A DNA stretch of 32,000 nucleotides. It comes from Corynebacterium amycolatum. GTDB lineage: Bacteria > Actinomycetota > Actinomycetes > Mycobacteriales > Mycobacteriaceae. A program made the translations under genes and the position numbers. Position 1 is the stretch's first letter, and the number at the start of each line of letters is the position of its first letter. A model generated the notes under the pieces. It was not told the origin of the DNA. It was given only the letters and a program-made list of their open reading frames with translations, and did no database searches. Shown here piece by piece: positions 7,912-19,549 of this stretch. The stretch lies in assembly GCF_049243625.1 (NCBI RefSeq), contig NZ_CP046975.1; one strand, given 5' to 3'.

Positions 7912-8473
7912 ATAGACAGAAATCCGGCTTAGAAACTCAATCGTCTCCATCAGACCGTGTCTCGGTACAAGGCATATTAACCCGTTAAAGCGCACATACA
8001 AAAATCGATGCCAGGTTTTTCTCGAAGGCTTTAAAGAAAAGTGGCTGTGGCCGGGAAAAACAGAAAATGAAGCTAAAGCAACGTGGGGTATGTGAAACAG
8101 GCGTATAGCCGTTGATTACACTGTCACACGACTCAACAAAGGGGCAGTCGTTTGAGAGGCTTCTTTGGGGAGTCGGCCGACGAATGGAGTGTTTGCAGTA
8201 AACGAGGCCGCCAAAAGCAGTGCCGAGGTGATGCAAACGCCCGGTGATATGCATGGATTTCATGAAACCAGTAGTAGTTGGCAGGTTGGCTCTCGATGGC
8301 GTCGTAAAGCGTTTTCAGACAGAGCATTAGCCTGGTTAAACGCGTGGTTTTGTGATTTCATTAATCGTCAGGTAAATCTATACGGGTCCGTTGTGGAAAC
8401 GCGATTTCGCGACTATGAGGGCCCCGGTGCAGATGCTCCAAAGGGGTTTCTGCTAGGTTTCGAATGACGCATA

Positions 8474-8550
8474 CGGGGTATGGCGCAGCTTGGTAGCGCG
8501 TCCGCTTTGGGAGCGGAAGGCCGTGGGTTCAAATCCCGCTACCCCGACCA
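8474..8550 (+). tRNA. tRNA-Pro (anticodon UGG)
   Basis: CGGGGTATGGCGCAGCTTGGTAGCGCGTCCGCTTTGGGAGCGGAAGGCCGTGGGTTCAAATCCCGCTACCCCGACCA. Acceptor stem CGGGGTA/TACCCCG, anticodon stem TCCGC/GCGGA, loop TTTGGGA, T-loop TTCAAAT, encoded CCA. Confidence 0.95.
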
Positions 8551-8609
8551 GTATCACGGGCACTCCCGTGGTCTATGAATTAATCATCGAGTTGCAGGAG
8601 AGTGCACCA

Positions 8610-9986
8610 GTGAAGTCTTCCGTTGAGAAGCTCAATGAGACCCGAGTGAAGATTACCGTCGAGGTCCCGTTTGATGAGCTGAAGCCAGAGTTCGACAACG
8701 CCTACAAGGCACTGGCTCAGCAGGTCCAGATTCCGGGCTTCCGTAAGGGCAAGGCACCGGCAAAGCTGATTGAGGCCCGCTTCGGCCGCGGCCCAATCCT
8801 GGAGCAGGTGCTCAACGACATGGTTCCGTCCCGCTACGACGAGGTCGTTCGCGAGGAGGACCTGAAGGTTATCGGTCAGCCTGAGGTTGACATCACCAAG
8901 CTGGAAGATGGCGAGCTCGTTGAGTTCACCGCTGAGGTTGACGTTCGCCCGGAGATTGAGCTGCCGAAGTTCGAGGACATCGCAGTTGAGGTTGACCCGC
9001 TGGTCGCCGACGAGGAAGCTGTTGAGGCTGAGCTGCAGAACCTGCTCGCTCGCTTCGGCACCCTGACCGGCGTCGAGCGCGCAGTCGAGAAGGACGACTT
9101 CGTCTCCATCGACCTGTCCGCCACCATCGACGGCGAAGAGCTGGAAGAGGCTTCCACTGAGGGGTTGTCCTACCAGGTTGGCTCCGACGACCTGATCGAC
9201 GGCCTGGACGAGGCTGTTGTCGGCCTGTCCCAGGGCGAGTCCAAGGAGTTCACCACCAAGCTGGTTGCTGGCGAGCACGAGGGCGAGGACGCTCAGGTCA
9301 CCGTTACCGTTCAGTCCGTCAAGGTCCGCGAGCTGCCGGAAGCTGACGACGACTTCGCTCAGATGGCTTCCGAGTTCGACACCATCGAGGAGCTGAAGGA
9401 AGACCTGGCCCGCCAGGTCGAGAACACCAAGAAGGGTGAGCAGGCTCAGCAGGTTCGCGACAAGGTTTTGGCTGCCGCTATGGAGCAGACCACCATCGCT
9501 CTGCCGGAGGGTGTTGTCAAGGAGCAGGTCGAGGGCCAGCTGCAGCAGCTGCTGGGTCAGTTCGGTGGCGACGAGAAGGTTCTGAACTCCATGCTGGAGG
9601 CTCAGGGCACCACCCGCGAGCAGTTCGACGAGGACTCCAAGAAGTCCGCTGAGGAAGCTGTCCGCACCCAGCTGTTCCTGGACGCACTGGCTGAAGAGAT
9701 CCAGCCGGATGTTTCCCAGCAGGAGCTCACCGACCACATCCTGTTCACTGCTCAGTCCTACGGCATGGACCCGAACCAGTTCATCCAGCAGATTCAGCAG
9801 TCCGGCCAGCTCGGCAACCTGTTTGCAGACGTTCGCCGCGGCAAGGCTCTGGCCACCTCGATCCTGAAGGCTTCCGCCAAGGACACCGAGGGCAACGAAA
9901 TCGATCTGAACGAGTACTTCGGTGAGGTCGAAGCTGAGGCTGAGAAGGCTGAGTCCGACAAGGCTGAGGACAACTCGGCTGAGTAA
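8610..9986 (+). CDS. tig: Trigger factor (ribosome-associated PPIase chaperone)
   Basis: [50 protein letters not shown] carries the GFRxGxxP ribosome-binding signature. The track ORF (from 8490) overlaps tRNA-Pro. I trimmed it to the in-frame GTG 8610, with GGAG at 8597-8600. Confidence 0.95.
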   Translation: MKSSVEKLNETRVKITVEVPFDELKPEFDNAYKALAQQVQIPGFRKGKAPAKLIEARFGRGPILEQVLNDMVPSRYDEVVREEDLKVIGQPEVDITKLEDGELVEFTAEVDVRPEIELPKFEDIAVEVDPLVADEEAVEAELQNLLARFGTLTGVERAVEKDDFVSIDLSATIDGEELEEASTEGLSYQVGSDDLIDGLDEAVVGLSQGESKEFTTKLVAGEHEGEDAQVTVTVQSVKVRELPEADDDFAQMASEFDTIEELKEDLARQVENTKKGEQAQQVRDKVLAAAMEQTTIALPEGVVKEQVEGQLQQLLGQFGGDEKVLNSMLEAQGTTREQFDEDSKKSAEEAVRTQLFLDALAEEIQPDVSQQELTDHILFTAQSYGMDPNQFIQQIQQSGQLGNLFADVRRGKALATSILKASAKDTEGNEIDLNEYFGEVEAEAEKAESDKAEDNSAE

Positions 9987-10020
9987 GCCCCGCCGTTAGC
10001 GCGACGCATTCCTTATGCTG

Positions 10021-10037
10021 CAACGCTTATAGCGAAC
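10021..10037 (+). promoter_or_regulatory. ClgR-type operator candidate upstream of clpP1P2
   Basis: CAACGCTTATAGCGAAC fits the published actinobacterial ClgR consensus core CGC-YNANR-GCG-WWS (CGC-TTATA-GCG-AAC). Recognised by eye only. Confidence 0.45.
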
Positions 10038-10075
10038 AAGGGCCGTTCCTGAAACAAAGGGACGGCCCTTTTCGT
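10038..10075 (+). terminator. Rho-independent terminator after tig
   Basis: AAGGGCCGTTCC (10038-10049) pairs with GGGACGGCCCTT (10059-10070), including one G:U pair. The loop is 9 nt and a TTTT run follows. Confidence 0.8.
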
Positions 10076-10126
10076 TACCCTCTAGTGAACGACAAACTCG
10101 CACACGTACGAAGAAGGAGTACACAG

Positions 10127-10699
10127 ATGAGCGATAACGCCCAGATGTCGACGAACACAGTTTTCGACAAGCTGCTCAAGGAGCGCATTATTTGGCTGGG
10201 TGAGCAGGTCGACGACGAGATTGCCAACAAGCTCTGCGGTCAGATGCTGCTCCTGGCAGCTGAGGACCCGGAGGCGGATATCTCGCTGTACATTAACTCC
10301 CCGGGTGGCTCCGTCACCGCCGGCATGGCCATTTACGACACCATGCAGTTTGTTCCGTGCGACGTGGCTACCTACGGCATGGGCTTGGCAGCTTCCATGG
10401 GCCAGTTCCTGCTCGCCGCAGGTGCTAAGGGCAAGCGTTACGCACTGCCGCACGCCCGCATTATGATGCACCAGCCATCTGCAGGTATTGGCGGTACCGC
10501 ATCCGACATCACCATTCAGGCTGAGCAGTTCGCTGCCACCAAGAAGGAGATGGCTCGTCTGATTGCGCAGCACACCGGTCAGCCGGTCGAGCGCATTGAG
10601 GAAGACTCGGACCGCGACCGCTGGTTTACCGCAGCTGAGGCTAAGGAATACGGCCTGGTTGACCACGTCGTGACCGCTCTCAAGGACACCGCACGCTAA
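10127..10699 (+). CDS. clpP1: ATP-dependent Clp protease proteolytic subunit 1
   Basis: Near-colinear with remembered M. tuberculosis ClpP1 ([44 protein letters not shown], active-site [19 protein letters not shown]). GAAGGAG RBS at 10113-10119. Start trimmed from 10085 to ATG 10127. Confidence 0.95.
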   Translation: MSDNAQMSTNTVFDKLLKERIIWLGEQVDDEIANKLCGQMLLLAAEDPEADISLYINSPGGSVTAGMAIYDTMQFVPCDVATYGMGLAASMGQFLLAAGAKGKRYALPHARIMMHQPSAGIGGTASDITIQAEQFAATKKEMARLIAQHTGQPVERIEEDSDRDRWFTAAEAKEYGLVDHVVTALKDTAR

Positions 10700-10739
10700 A
10701 AGCGGACAGTAGCGAATAATTAGAGGCGATTTAATCAAC

Positions 10740-11369
10740 ATGGAGATGAACAATATGCAGATGCCGCAGTCGCGCTACGTGCTTCCTTCTTTCGTGGAGC
10801 ACTCCAGCTTTGGTGCTAAGGAATCCAACCCATACAACAAGCTCTTCGAAGAGCGCATTATCTTCCTCGGCTCCCAGGTCGATGACACCGCCGCTAACGA
10901 CATCATGGCGCAGTTGCTGGTGCTTGAGGGCCTGGACCCGGATCGTGACATCACGATGTACATCAATTCCCCAGGCGGCTCCTTCACCTCGCTGATGGCC
11001 ATCTACGACACGATGCAGTACGTGCGTCCCGACGTGCAGACCGTGTGCCTGGGCCAGGCTGCCTCCGCGGCAGCTGTGCTGCTCGCTGCAGGTGCACCGG
11101 GTAAGCGTGCAGCTCTGCCGAATGCGCGCGTGCTCATTCACCAGCCGGCTACCCAGGGCATCCAGGGTCAGGTTTCCGACCTGGAGATTCAGGCGAACGA
11201 AATCGAGCGCATGCGCAAGCTGATGGAGGAGACGTTGGCTCGCCACTCCGGTCGCACTGCAGAGCAGATCCGCAAGGACACCGACCGTGACAAGATCCTA
11301 ACCGCTGAAGAGGCCGTCGAGTACGGCATCATCGACCAGGTCTTCGAGTACCGCAAGCACAACGCCTAA
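10740..11369 (+). CDS. clpP2: ATP-dependent Clp protease proteolytic subunit 2
   Basis: RYVLPSFVEHSSFGAKESNPYNKLFEERIIFLGSQVDDTAANDIMAQLLVLE and GQAASAAAVLLAAG match the remembered ClpP2. The start is ambiguous: ATG 10740 is the longest, and ATG 10755 has GGAG 9 nt upstream. Confidence 0.93.
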   Translation: MEMNNMQMPQSRYVLPSFVEHSSFGAKESNPYNKLFEERIIFLGSQVDDTAANDIMAQLLVLEGLDPDRDITMYINSPGGSFTSLMAIYDTMQYVRPDVQTVCLGQAASAAAVLLAAGAPGKRAALPNARVLIHQPATQGIQGQVSDLEIQANEIERMRKLMEETLARHSGRTAEQIRKDTDRDKILTAEEAVEYGIIDQVFEYRKHNA

Positions 11370-11542
11370 AAGGGGACATGGTCTCTTTGGAGTGCTGCGC
11401 ACTGGCCGTCGTAAAGCGCCGGGCGAGATCGCGTGAAATTCGCCTCGTCCTTGGCGTGGAAGCCGGTATTTGCGCACACTCACGGTAGGCTGGTCTGAAG
11501 CAGTTATTGGCAACGATGCGGAAAGGCGGCGGCGGGAGCCTC

Positions 11543-12805
11543 ATGGCGCGTATGCAAGAAAGTGCGGATTTGCTGAAGTGCTCTTTCTGTGGAAAGAGTC
11601 AGAAGCAGGTCAAAAAGCTGATTGCCGGACCTGGTGTGTACATCTGTAATGAGTGCATCGAGCTCTGCAACGAGATTATTGAAGAGGAGCTTAACACCGG
11701 CGGCGAGGCAACTGGCAACGACGACCGCCTGCCGCGTCCGCTGGAAATTCGCGACTTCCTCGATGAGTATGTCATCGGCCAGGACATGGCAAAGCGCACG
11801 CTGGCCGTCGCGGTCTACAACCACTACAAGCGCCTTCGTGCTGCGGAGACCAAGTCGGACAACGACGTCGAGCTGCAAAAGTCGAACATTCTCCTGCTGG
11901 GGCCGACCGGCTGTGGCAAGACTTACCTGGCACAGACGCTGGCTCGCAAGCTGGATGTGCCGTTCGCAATCGCTGACGCCACCAGCCTGACCGAGGCCGG
12001 CTATGTCGGTGAGGATGTGGAGAACATCCTGTTGAAGCTGCTGCAAGCTACTGATTTCGACGTCGAGAAGGCACAGCGCGGCATCATTTACGTCGATGAG
12101 ATTGACAAGATCTCGCGCAAGTCTGAAAACACCTCCATCACCCGCGATGTCTCCGGTGAAGGTGTGCAGCAGGCGCTGCTGAAGATTCTCGAGGGAACCG
12201 TAGCCGCCGTGCCCCCGCAGGGTGGGCGCAAGCTGCCGAACCAGGAGTTCATTCAGTTCGACACCTCCAATGTCCTGTTCATCGTTGCCGGTGCGTTTGC
12301 CGGTCTGGAGAAGGTCGTGCAGGAGCGTGTCGGCAAGAAGGGGCTGGGCTTCGGCGCAGATGTCACCTCGGCTAACGACGCGGACATGAAGGATCCATTC
12401 CGCGACGTGCTGCCGGAGGACCTCGTTCGATTCGGCCTGATTCCTGAGTTCATTGGTCGCCTGCCCGTCATCGCATCGGTCACCAACCTCGATGAGGATG
12501 CGCTGGTTCGCGTACTCACTGAGCCCAAGAACTCCCTGGTCCGCCAGTACCAGCACCTGTTCGACATGGACGGTGTGCGCCTCACCATCGACGACGAGGC
12601 ACTGCGCGCCATTGCTGCCAAGGCGATTAGCCGCAATACCGGCGCCCGTGGTCTGCGCGGCATCATGGAAGAAATCTTGGTTCCCGTGATGTTCGAAGTC
12701 CCAGAGCGTGACGACGTCGCGGAGGTCATTGTCCACAAGGAGTGCATCACGGACGGTGCAGCGCCGGAACTCGTTGAACGTAGCGAGAACAAGAAGACTG
12801 CGTAA
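11543..12805 (+). CDS. clpX: ATP-dependent Clp protease ATP-binding subunit ClpX
   Basis: N-terminal zinc-binding CSFCGK...YICNEC, Walker A GPTGCGKT, Walker [10 protein letters not shown]. The start is taken at [13 protein letters not shown] (ATG 11543); ATG 11552 is an alternative. Confidence 0.95.
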   Translation: MARMQESADLLKCSFCGKSQKQVKKLIAGPGVYICNECIELCNEIIEEELNTGGEATGNDDRLPRPLEIRDFLDEYVIGQDMAKRTLAVAVYNHYKRLRAAETKSDNDVELQKSNILLLGPTGCGKTYLAQTLARKLDVPFAIADATSLTEAGYVGEDVENILLKLLQATDFDVEKAQRGIIYVDEIDKISRKSENTSITRDVSGEGVQQALLKILEGTVAAVPPQGGRKLPNQEFIQFDTSNVLFIVAGAFAGLEKVVQERVGKKGLGFGADVTSANDADMKDPFRDVLPEDLVRFGLIPEFIGRLPVIASVTNLDEDALVRVLTEPKNSLVRQYQHLFDMDGVRLTIDDEALRAIAAKAISRNTGARGLRGIMEEILVPVMFEVPERDDVAEVIVHKECITDGAAPELVERSENKKTA

Positions 12806-12814
12806 AGGTAGCTG

Positions 12815-12850
12815 AAAACCCGGTTAGAGCGCCTGCTCTAACCGGGTTTT
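12815..12850. terminator. Bidirectional terminator between convergent clpX and the TetR gene
   Basis: Perfect 16-bp stem: AAAACCCGGTTAGAGC (12815-12830) pairs with GCTCTAACCGGGTTTT (12835-12850), loop GCCT. A-runs and T-runs flank both sides. Confidence 0.85.
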
Positions 12851-12867
12851 GGTGTCTGTATGGAGCC

Positions 12868-13653
12868 CTAGTCGTCCATGCCGTAGATGTCGCGGTAATC
12901 CGGGGCATCATCAGCAGCCAAGTCCTGAGTCTCTGGGTTGGGCTGATCGCCATAGACCTCTGCGCCAAGTGCGGACGAGTTCGCACCATGGGAGGCCAGC
13001 AGGGAAGTGTACGAGCTTCCCGGTTCGTTGCGAGGCGAGGATGTCAACAGGCTGGTCACGGTGTCCTGTGCGAACTCACGCAGCTTGTCCGACAGCACCG
13101 TCGATTGCATTTCAATGCCGTAGAGGTTTTCAAAAGTCCGTTGGTGCAGGGTGGGGAAGGTGGCCAGCGACAGCACGAGAATATAAAGATCAAGTGCGGA
13201 AATGTCAGTGCGGAATGCACCGTAATCGCGGCCGAGCAACAAGATGCGGTCAAACTCCAAAACAATAGGGCTCTGACCACCAAGCCCAGTCACGCCTTCA
13301 AGTGGGAGGACCGGATGCAGGTTTTCCTGGATGATGAACCGTACGGCGAGTGGGTTCGCCGAGAAATAGTCGTAGATAACGCCGACTACATGCTGCAGGG
13401 CTTCCACCGGCACATTGGAGTGCGGACGCAGGGCGTCGTCGTCAGGCCTTACGGTCTCCAGCACATGTGCCCACGTCGCCCTGTAGAGTCCCATCTTGTC
13501 ACCACAGTGGTAGTGAAGCATGCGCTTGGAGACACCAGAGGCGGCAGCAATGGCATCCAGACGGGCATCTGCATACCCCTTTGCGGTGAATTCTTGAAGT
13601 GCTGCCACCAAGACTGCATGGGGGATTGCATCAGAGGAGCCTGGAGACTTCAT
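12868..13653 (-). CDS. TetR/AcrR family transcriptional regulator
   Basis: N-terminal HTH: AVLVAALQEFTAKGYADARLDAIAAASGVSKRMLHYHCGDKMGLY. AAAGGA RBS upstream. The C-terminal ~55 aa are acidic and low complexity. Divergent from mdh. Confidence 0.85.
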   Translation of the reverse strand: MKSPGSSDAIPHAVLVAALQEFTAKGYADARLDAIAAASGVSKRMLHYHCGDKMGLYRATWAHVLETVRPDDDALRPHSNVPVEALQHVVGVIYDYFSANPLAVRFIIQENLHPVLPLEGVTGLGGQSPIVLEFDRILLLGRDYGAFRTDISALDLYILVLSLATFPTLHQRTFENLYGIEMQSTVLSDKLREFAQDTVTSLLTSSPRNEPGSSYTSLLASHGANSSALGAEVYGDQPNPETQDLAADDAPDYRDIYGMDD

Positions 13654-13802
13654 GAAAATCCTTTGCTTGGACTAGAGAGCGACTACGGGGTTTTGGCTAT
13701 CTAACGGGGGTGAAATTGGTCAGTCGCGGACTTCTTTCTAGTGAAATGAGTACACGACCGTAAGTCATGCCTAATGCTATCCGTTTTTCAGAATTGTACT
13801 GA

Positions 13803-14867
<1,065 letters not shown>

Positions 14868-14887
14868 GGGCCGCTTAACGCCTGTTT

Positions 14888-14929
14888 AAAGGTGCCCTCT
14901 TGTGATGGTTTCGCAAGAGGGCACCTTTT
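14888..14929 (+). terminator. Rho-independent terminator after mdh
   Basis: 15-bp stem: AAAGGTGCCCTCTTG (14888-14902) pairs with CAAGAGGGCACCTTT (14914-14928), followed by T residues. Confidence 0.85.
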
Positions 14930-15083
14930 CATTTACTGCGGTAATCGCGGATGGGCTCGGGGAGTGAGTAAAGCTTGAATTCGGCGGTGCGTAAGTCGCC
15001 GATAGCAGATATGGGTTGGGGCGCAAGGGTCGTCGTAAAGCCCCTGGAAAAACAAATCCGGGCAAGGCGCTAAGATGTGACGC

Positions 15084-17819
15084 GTGACTGAGAACAACGT
15101 GGACCTAAACAGAGCAGATAAGTTGCCCAAGTCGTGGAACCCGGCTGACGTGGAGTCGGACCTGTACCAGGGCTGGGTAGACGCTGGCTATTTCGAGGCT
15201 GATCCGTCTAGCTCCAAGCCGGCTTACTCTATTGTGCTGCCCCCGCCGAATGTGACGGGTCAGCTGCACATGGGCCACGCACTGGACCACACTTTGATGG
15301 ATGCGCTGGTGCGCCGTAAGCGCATGCAGGGCTACGAGGTGCTGTGGCTGCCGGGTATGGACCACGCGGGTATCGCAACGCAGACCAAGGTCGAGGCGAT
15401 GCTGAAGGAGTCCGAAGGCAAGGACCGCTTCGATTATGGCCGCGAGGAGTTCGTGGAGAAGGTCTGGGAGTGGAAGCACGATTACGGCGGACGTATCGGC
15501 AACCAGATGCGCCAGATTGGTGACTCCCTGGATTGGTCCCGTGAGCGCTTCACTCTGGACGAGGGGCTGTCTCGTGCGGTTCAGACGATTTTTAAGGAAC
15601 TGTTTGACCGCGGCCTAATCTACCGCGCCAAGCGTATGGTCAACTGGTCTCCGGTGTTGCAGACCGCAATCTCGGATATTGAGGTCAAGTACGAGGACGC
15701 TGAAGGCGAGCTCGTCTCCTTCCGCTACGGCGATGGGGAAGACTCCATTGTTGTGGCGACGACTCGTGTGGAGACGATGCTGGGCGACGTGGCAATTGCC
15801 GTGCACCCGGAGGATGAGCGCTACACGCACCTGGTGGGCAAGGTTTTGGACCACCCGTTCCGCGAGGACCTGAAGATTCAGGTCATCGCCGATGACTATG
15901 TGGACCGCGAGTTCGGTACCGGTGCGGTGAAGATCACGCCGGCACACGATCCAAATGACTTCGCCATGGGCCAGCGCCACGACCTGGATATGCCGGAGGT
16001 CATTGATACCACTGGCCGTATCTTCAACACTGGTACGCGTTTCGACGGCATGGATCGTGCGGAAGCCCGTACTGCGCTGACGGAGGCGCTGCGTGAGCAG
16101 GGGCGCATTGTCAAGGAGGTCCGCCCGTACGTTCACTCGGTCGGTCACTCGGAGCGCTCGGGTGAGCCGATTGAGCCGCTGCTGAGCCTGCAGTGGTTCG
16201 TTAAGGTCGATGAGCTGGCCAAGATGTCTGGCGATGCTGTTCGCGAGGGCGACACGGTTATTCACCCAGCTTCGCAGGAGCCGCGCTGGTTCGATTGGGT
16301 CGATGACATGCACGACTGGTGTATTTCCCGCCAGCTGTGGTGGGGCCACCGCATCCCGATTTGGTACGGCCCGAATGGCGAGGTCGTCTGTGTCGGCCCG
16401 GATGATGAGGTTCCGACGGGCGAGGGCTGGACGCAGGATCCGGACGTGCTGGATACCTGGTTCTCGTCTGCGCTGTGGCCGTTTTCCACGATGGGTTGGC
16501 CGGAAGCCACCCCAGAGCTGGAGAAGTTCTACCCGACATCTGTACTGGTCACCGGCTATGACATTCTGTTCTTCTGGGTCGCGCGCATGATGATGTTCTC
16601 GACCTTTGCTGCCACCCTGGCTGATTCACCGCTGGGTAAGGGGCGCGACGGTCGTCCGCAGGTGCCGTTTAAGGATGTCTTCCTGCACGGTCTGGTCCGC
16701 GATGAGCAGGGTCGCAAGATGTCGAAGTCTCTCGGCAATGGCATTGACCCGCTGGACTGGGTCCGCGACTACGGTGCGGACGCACTTCGCTTCACGCTGG
16801 CGCGTGGCGCTAACCCGGGCTCTGACCTGCCGGTCGGTAATGACGCCGCTCAGAGCTCCCGTAACTTCGCTACCAAGCTGTTCAACGCCACCCGCTTTGC
16901 GCTGATGAACGGGGCCCACGTGGGCGAGCTGCCGGACCGCGACCAGCTCACCGACACCGACCGCTGGATCCTGGACCGCCTGGAACAGGTCCGCGCCGAG
17001 GTTGACGCTGCGCTGGATAAGTACGAGTTCTCCAAGGCCAACGAGGCCCTTTACCACTTCGCATGGGACGAGGTCTGTGACTGGTACCTGGAGATGACCA
17101 AGGTTGACTTCCCGCGCCTGAACGACGGCGAGACCATGACCGAGGAGCAGGCCGCCCGCGCAGCCTCCACTCGTCTGGTTCTCGGCCGCGTGCTGGATAC
17201 GCTGCTGCGTCTGCTGCACCCGTCCATGCCGTTCGTCACGGAGACGCTATGGAAGGCGCTTACCGACGGCGCGGAGGGCTTCGAGGACTCTCTGGTTATT
17301 TCCGCCTGGCCGGATGCCACCATGACCACCGACGGCGCTGCTGTCGACGAGGTTGCCGCACGTCGTATTGCCGATGCCCAGAAGTTGGTCACCGAGCTGC
17401 GTCGTTTCCGCAATGACCAGGGTGTGAAGCCGTCGCAGCGCGTGCCGGCACGCATGAACCTGGCGGATGCTGATCTGACTGCTCAGGAAGAGATGATTCG
17501 TTCGCTGGCTCGTGCTGAGGCACCGGAGGATGGATTCACCGCTACCGCTTCCATTGAGGTGCGCCTGTCTCAGGCCACGGTTCTGATCGAGCTGGATACC
17601 TCCGGCACCGTCGACGTGGCCGCTGAACGCAAGCGCCTGGAAAAAGACCTGGCCAAGGCCGAGAAGGAACTGGCCGGCACCGAAAAGAAGCTCGGCAACG
17701 AGGCCTTCCTGTCCAAGGCTCCGGAGCAAGTCGTGGAGAAGATTAAGACTCGCCACCAGTTCGCACTGGAGGAAATTGACCGCATTAAGGCTCGTTTGGA
17801 GGGACTTCCGCAGGCATGA
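15084..17819 (+). CDS. valS: Valine--tRNA ligase
   Basis: Class I HIGH variant ([11 protein letters not shown]), KMSKS ([11 protein letters not shown]), and a C-terminal coiled coil. GTG start at 15084 with a TAAGAT -10-like box at 15071-15076 and no SD sequence, suggesting a leaderless mRNA. Confidence 0.96.
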   Translation: MTENNVDLNRADKLPKSWNPADVESDLYQGWVDAGYFEADPSSSKPAYSIVLPPPNVTGQLHMGHALDHTLMDALVRRKRMQGYEVLWLPGMDHAGIATQTKVEAMLKESEGKDRFDYGREEFVEKVWEWKHDYGGRIGNQMRQIGDSLDWSRERFTLDEGLSRAVQTIFKELFDRGLIYRAKRMVNWSPVLQTAISDIEVKYEDAEGELVSFRYGDGEDSIVVATTRVETMLGDVAIAVHPEDERYTHLVGKVLDHPFREDLKIQVIADDYVDREFGTGAVKITPAHDPNDFAMGQRHDLDMPEVIDTTGRIFNTGTRFDGMDRAEARTALTEALREQGRIVKEVRPYVHSVGHSERSGEPIEPLLSLQWFVKVDELAKMSGDAVREGDTVIHPASQEPRWFDWVDDMHDWCISRQLWWGHRIPIWYGPNGEVVCVGPDDEVPTGEGWTQDPDVLDTWFSSALWPFSTMGWPEATPELEKFYPTSVLVTGYDILFFWVARMMMFSTFAATLADSPLGKGRDGRPQVPFKDVFLHGLVRDEQGRKMSKSLGNGIDPLDWVRDYGADALRFTLARGANPGSDLPVGNDAAQSSRNFATKLFNATRFALMNGAHVGELPDRDQLTDTDRWILDRLEQVRAEVDAALDKYEFSKANEALYHFAWDEVCDWYLEMTKVDFPRLNDGETMTEEQAARAASTRLVLGRVLDTLLRLLHPSMPFVTETLWKALTDGAEGFEDSLVISAWPDATMTTDGAAVDEVAARRIADAQKLVTELRRFRNDQGVKPSQRVPARMNLADADLTAQEEMIRSLARAEAPEDGFTATASIEVRLSQATVLIELDTSGTVDVAAERKRLEKDLAKAEKELAGTEKKLGNEAFLSKAPEQVVEKIKTRHQFALEEIDRIKARLEGLPQA

Positions 17820-19549
17820 CCGAACCACGGGATATCGAACCTCGGGGTGCTGAATCACACGATGAGATTGCAGGGGAGATTCGTTTGAATCTTGGCGGCG
17901 AGGACGATTCGGTGGCGCAGGAAGAGTCTGCGGTGCGAGAAGAGTCCACCGCAGCGCCTGAGTTCGAATTCGATCCGGCTGACTCCCAGATCGTCGAGGA
18001 CCTTGAGCCTCGCGAAATCGCCGGTGTGATGGCCGATGACCGCATGCCCGATGACATGCGCCTCAGTGAGGTCTCTGTGTCCGAGGAAGGCCTGAGCCTG
18101 CCGGTCGATGTGGACCGCCCAGTCAACGAGCCGGCTCCGCTGGAGGCCACCGCCGAGGAGCTGCGCGCGCTCGCAGAGGTGGAAGCCGAGCTGGATCAGC
18201 GCTGGCCGGAGACCAAGATTGACCCATCACTCGAGCGGATCGAGATGCTGATGGACATCCTTGGACATCCCGAGCGTGCCACTCCGGTGATTCACGTTGC
18301 CGGCACTAATGGCAAGACTTCCACTGTTCGCATGATTGAGTCGCTGGTGCGAGCTCTCGGTCGGCGCACTGGTCGCACCACCAGTCCGCATCTGCAGCTG
18401 GTTACCGAGCGCATCGCCATTGATGGCCAGCCCATCCATCCACGCGACTACGTGCGCATCTGGCGCGAGATTCAGCCCTACGTGGAAATGGTTGACGCCA
18501 AGTCCGCCGAAAAGGGCGGCCCGCAGATGAGCAAGTTCGAGGTCCTCACGGCCATGGCCTACGCTGCCTTCGCCGACGCTCCTGTCGATGTCGCCGTGGT
18601 GGAAGTCGGCATGGGCGGCACATGGGATGCGACCAACGTGGTGGAGGCCGACGTGGCAGTCATCTGCCCGATCGGTCTCGATCACACGGAGTACCTCGGC
18701 GATACCCTGGCTGAAATCGCTGCTGAGAAGGCCGGCATCATCAAGTCGCGGTGGAACAAGGACGACCTGCTCACACCACCGGACAATGTCGCCATTGTTG
18801 GCGAGCAGGAACCGGAAGCAATGGACGTCGTTTTGCGCCGTGCCGTGGAAATGGATGCCTCGGTCGCCCGCGCTGGGGTTGAGTATGGCGTCGTCAGCCA
18901 TCAGCTGGCGGTCGGCGGGCAGAACCTAACGCTCAAGGGCCTGGCCGGCGAGTATGACGACATCCATCTGCCACTGCACGGTCCGCATCAGGCGCGCAAC
19001 GCCGCCACAGCGCTGGCCGCGGTGGAGGCGTTCTTCGGCGCAGGTCCGGGACGTCCGCTCAACATTGATGCGGTTCGCGAAGGCTTTGCGACGGTCGCAT
19101 CGCCCGGCCGCCTGGAGCGCGTGCGTTCGACCCCGACGGTGTTTATCGATGCCGCCCACAATCCTCACGGTGCCCGTGCGCTACGCACGGCGCTCTCCGC
19201 TGAGTTCGACTTCCGCCGTGTCATTGGTGTGCTGTCGGTGTTGGGGGAGAAGGATGCTCGTGGGCTGCTGGTGGAGCTGGAGCCGTACTTCGAAGAAGTG
19301 GTAATCACCCAGAACACCTCGCCGCGTGCGCTGCACTACGACGACCTGGCTGACCTTGCGGAGGAGATTTTCGGCGAGGAGCGCGTGCATCGCGTGCCAA
19401 CTCTGCCGTCCGCCGTTGAGCTAGCTGTCGCGCTGGCTGAAGAAACCGACACCGGTGACGGTATTGTCTCTGGTTCCGGTGTGATCGTCACTGGATCGGT
19501 TGTTACCGCGGGCGAGGCCCGGACACTATTTGGAAAGGACCCGCAATGA
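17816..19549 (+). CDS. folC: Bifunctional folylpolyglutamate synthase / dihydrofolate synthase with an acidic N-terminal extension
   Basis: P-loop [37 protein letters not shown] and [31 protein letters not shown] resemble the remembered M. tuberculosis FolC. ATGA overlap with the valS stop. The first ~110 aa are D/E-rich, so a later start cannot be excluded. Confidence 0.9.
   Translation: MTEPRDIEPRGAESHDEIAGEIRLNLGGEDDSVAQEESAVREESTAAPEFEFDPADSQIVEDLEPREIAGVMADDRMPDDMRLSEVSVSEEGLSLPVDVDRPVNEPAPLEATAEELRALAEVEAELDQRWPETKIDPSLERIEMLMDILGHPERATPVIHVAGTNGKTSTVRMIESLVRALGRRTGRTTSPHLQLVTERIAIDGQPIHPRDYVRIWREIQPYVEMVDAKSAEKGGPQMSKFEVLTAMAYAAFADAPVDVAVVEVGMGGTWDATNVVEADVAVICPIGLDHTEYLGDTLAEIAAEKAGIIKSRWNKDDLLTPPDNVAIVGEQEPEAMDVVLRRAVEMDASVARAGVEYGVVSHQLAVGGQNLTLKGLAGEYDDIHLPLHGPHQARNAATALAAVEAFFGAGPGRPLNIDAVREGFATVASPGRLERVRSTPTVFIDAAHNPHGARALRTALSAEFDFRRVIGVLSVLGEKDARGLLVELEPYFEEVVITQNTSPRALHYDDLADLAEEIFGEERVHRVPTLPSAVELAVALAEETDTGDGIVSGSGVIVTGSVVTAGEARTLFGKDPQ

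Noticed and set aside
8165-8467. 100-aa ORF in the tRNA spacer
   Set aside because: It has AT-ending codon usage atypical of the genome, no RBS and no recognisable motif, and it stops 7 nt before tRNA-Pro. I kept it only as part of the spacer finding.
8490-8609. N-terminal extension of the tig ORF
   Set aside because: It overlaps tRNA-Pro (8474-8550). The conserved trigger factor N-terminus begins at GTG 8610, which has a GGAG RBS.
8580-9737. 385-aa minus-strand ORF
   Set aside because: It is antisense to tig. The Leu/Gln/Val-rich product is the mirror image of a Glu/Leu/Gln-rich sense gene, and no start context is visible.
11504-12736. 410-aa minus-strand ORF
   Set aside because: It is antisense to clpX, whose motifs (zinc finger, Walker A and B) make the + strand call unambiguous.
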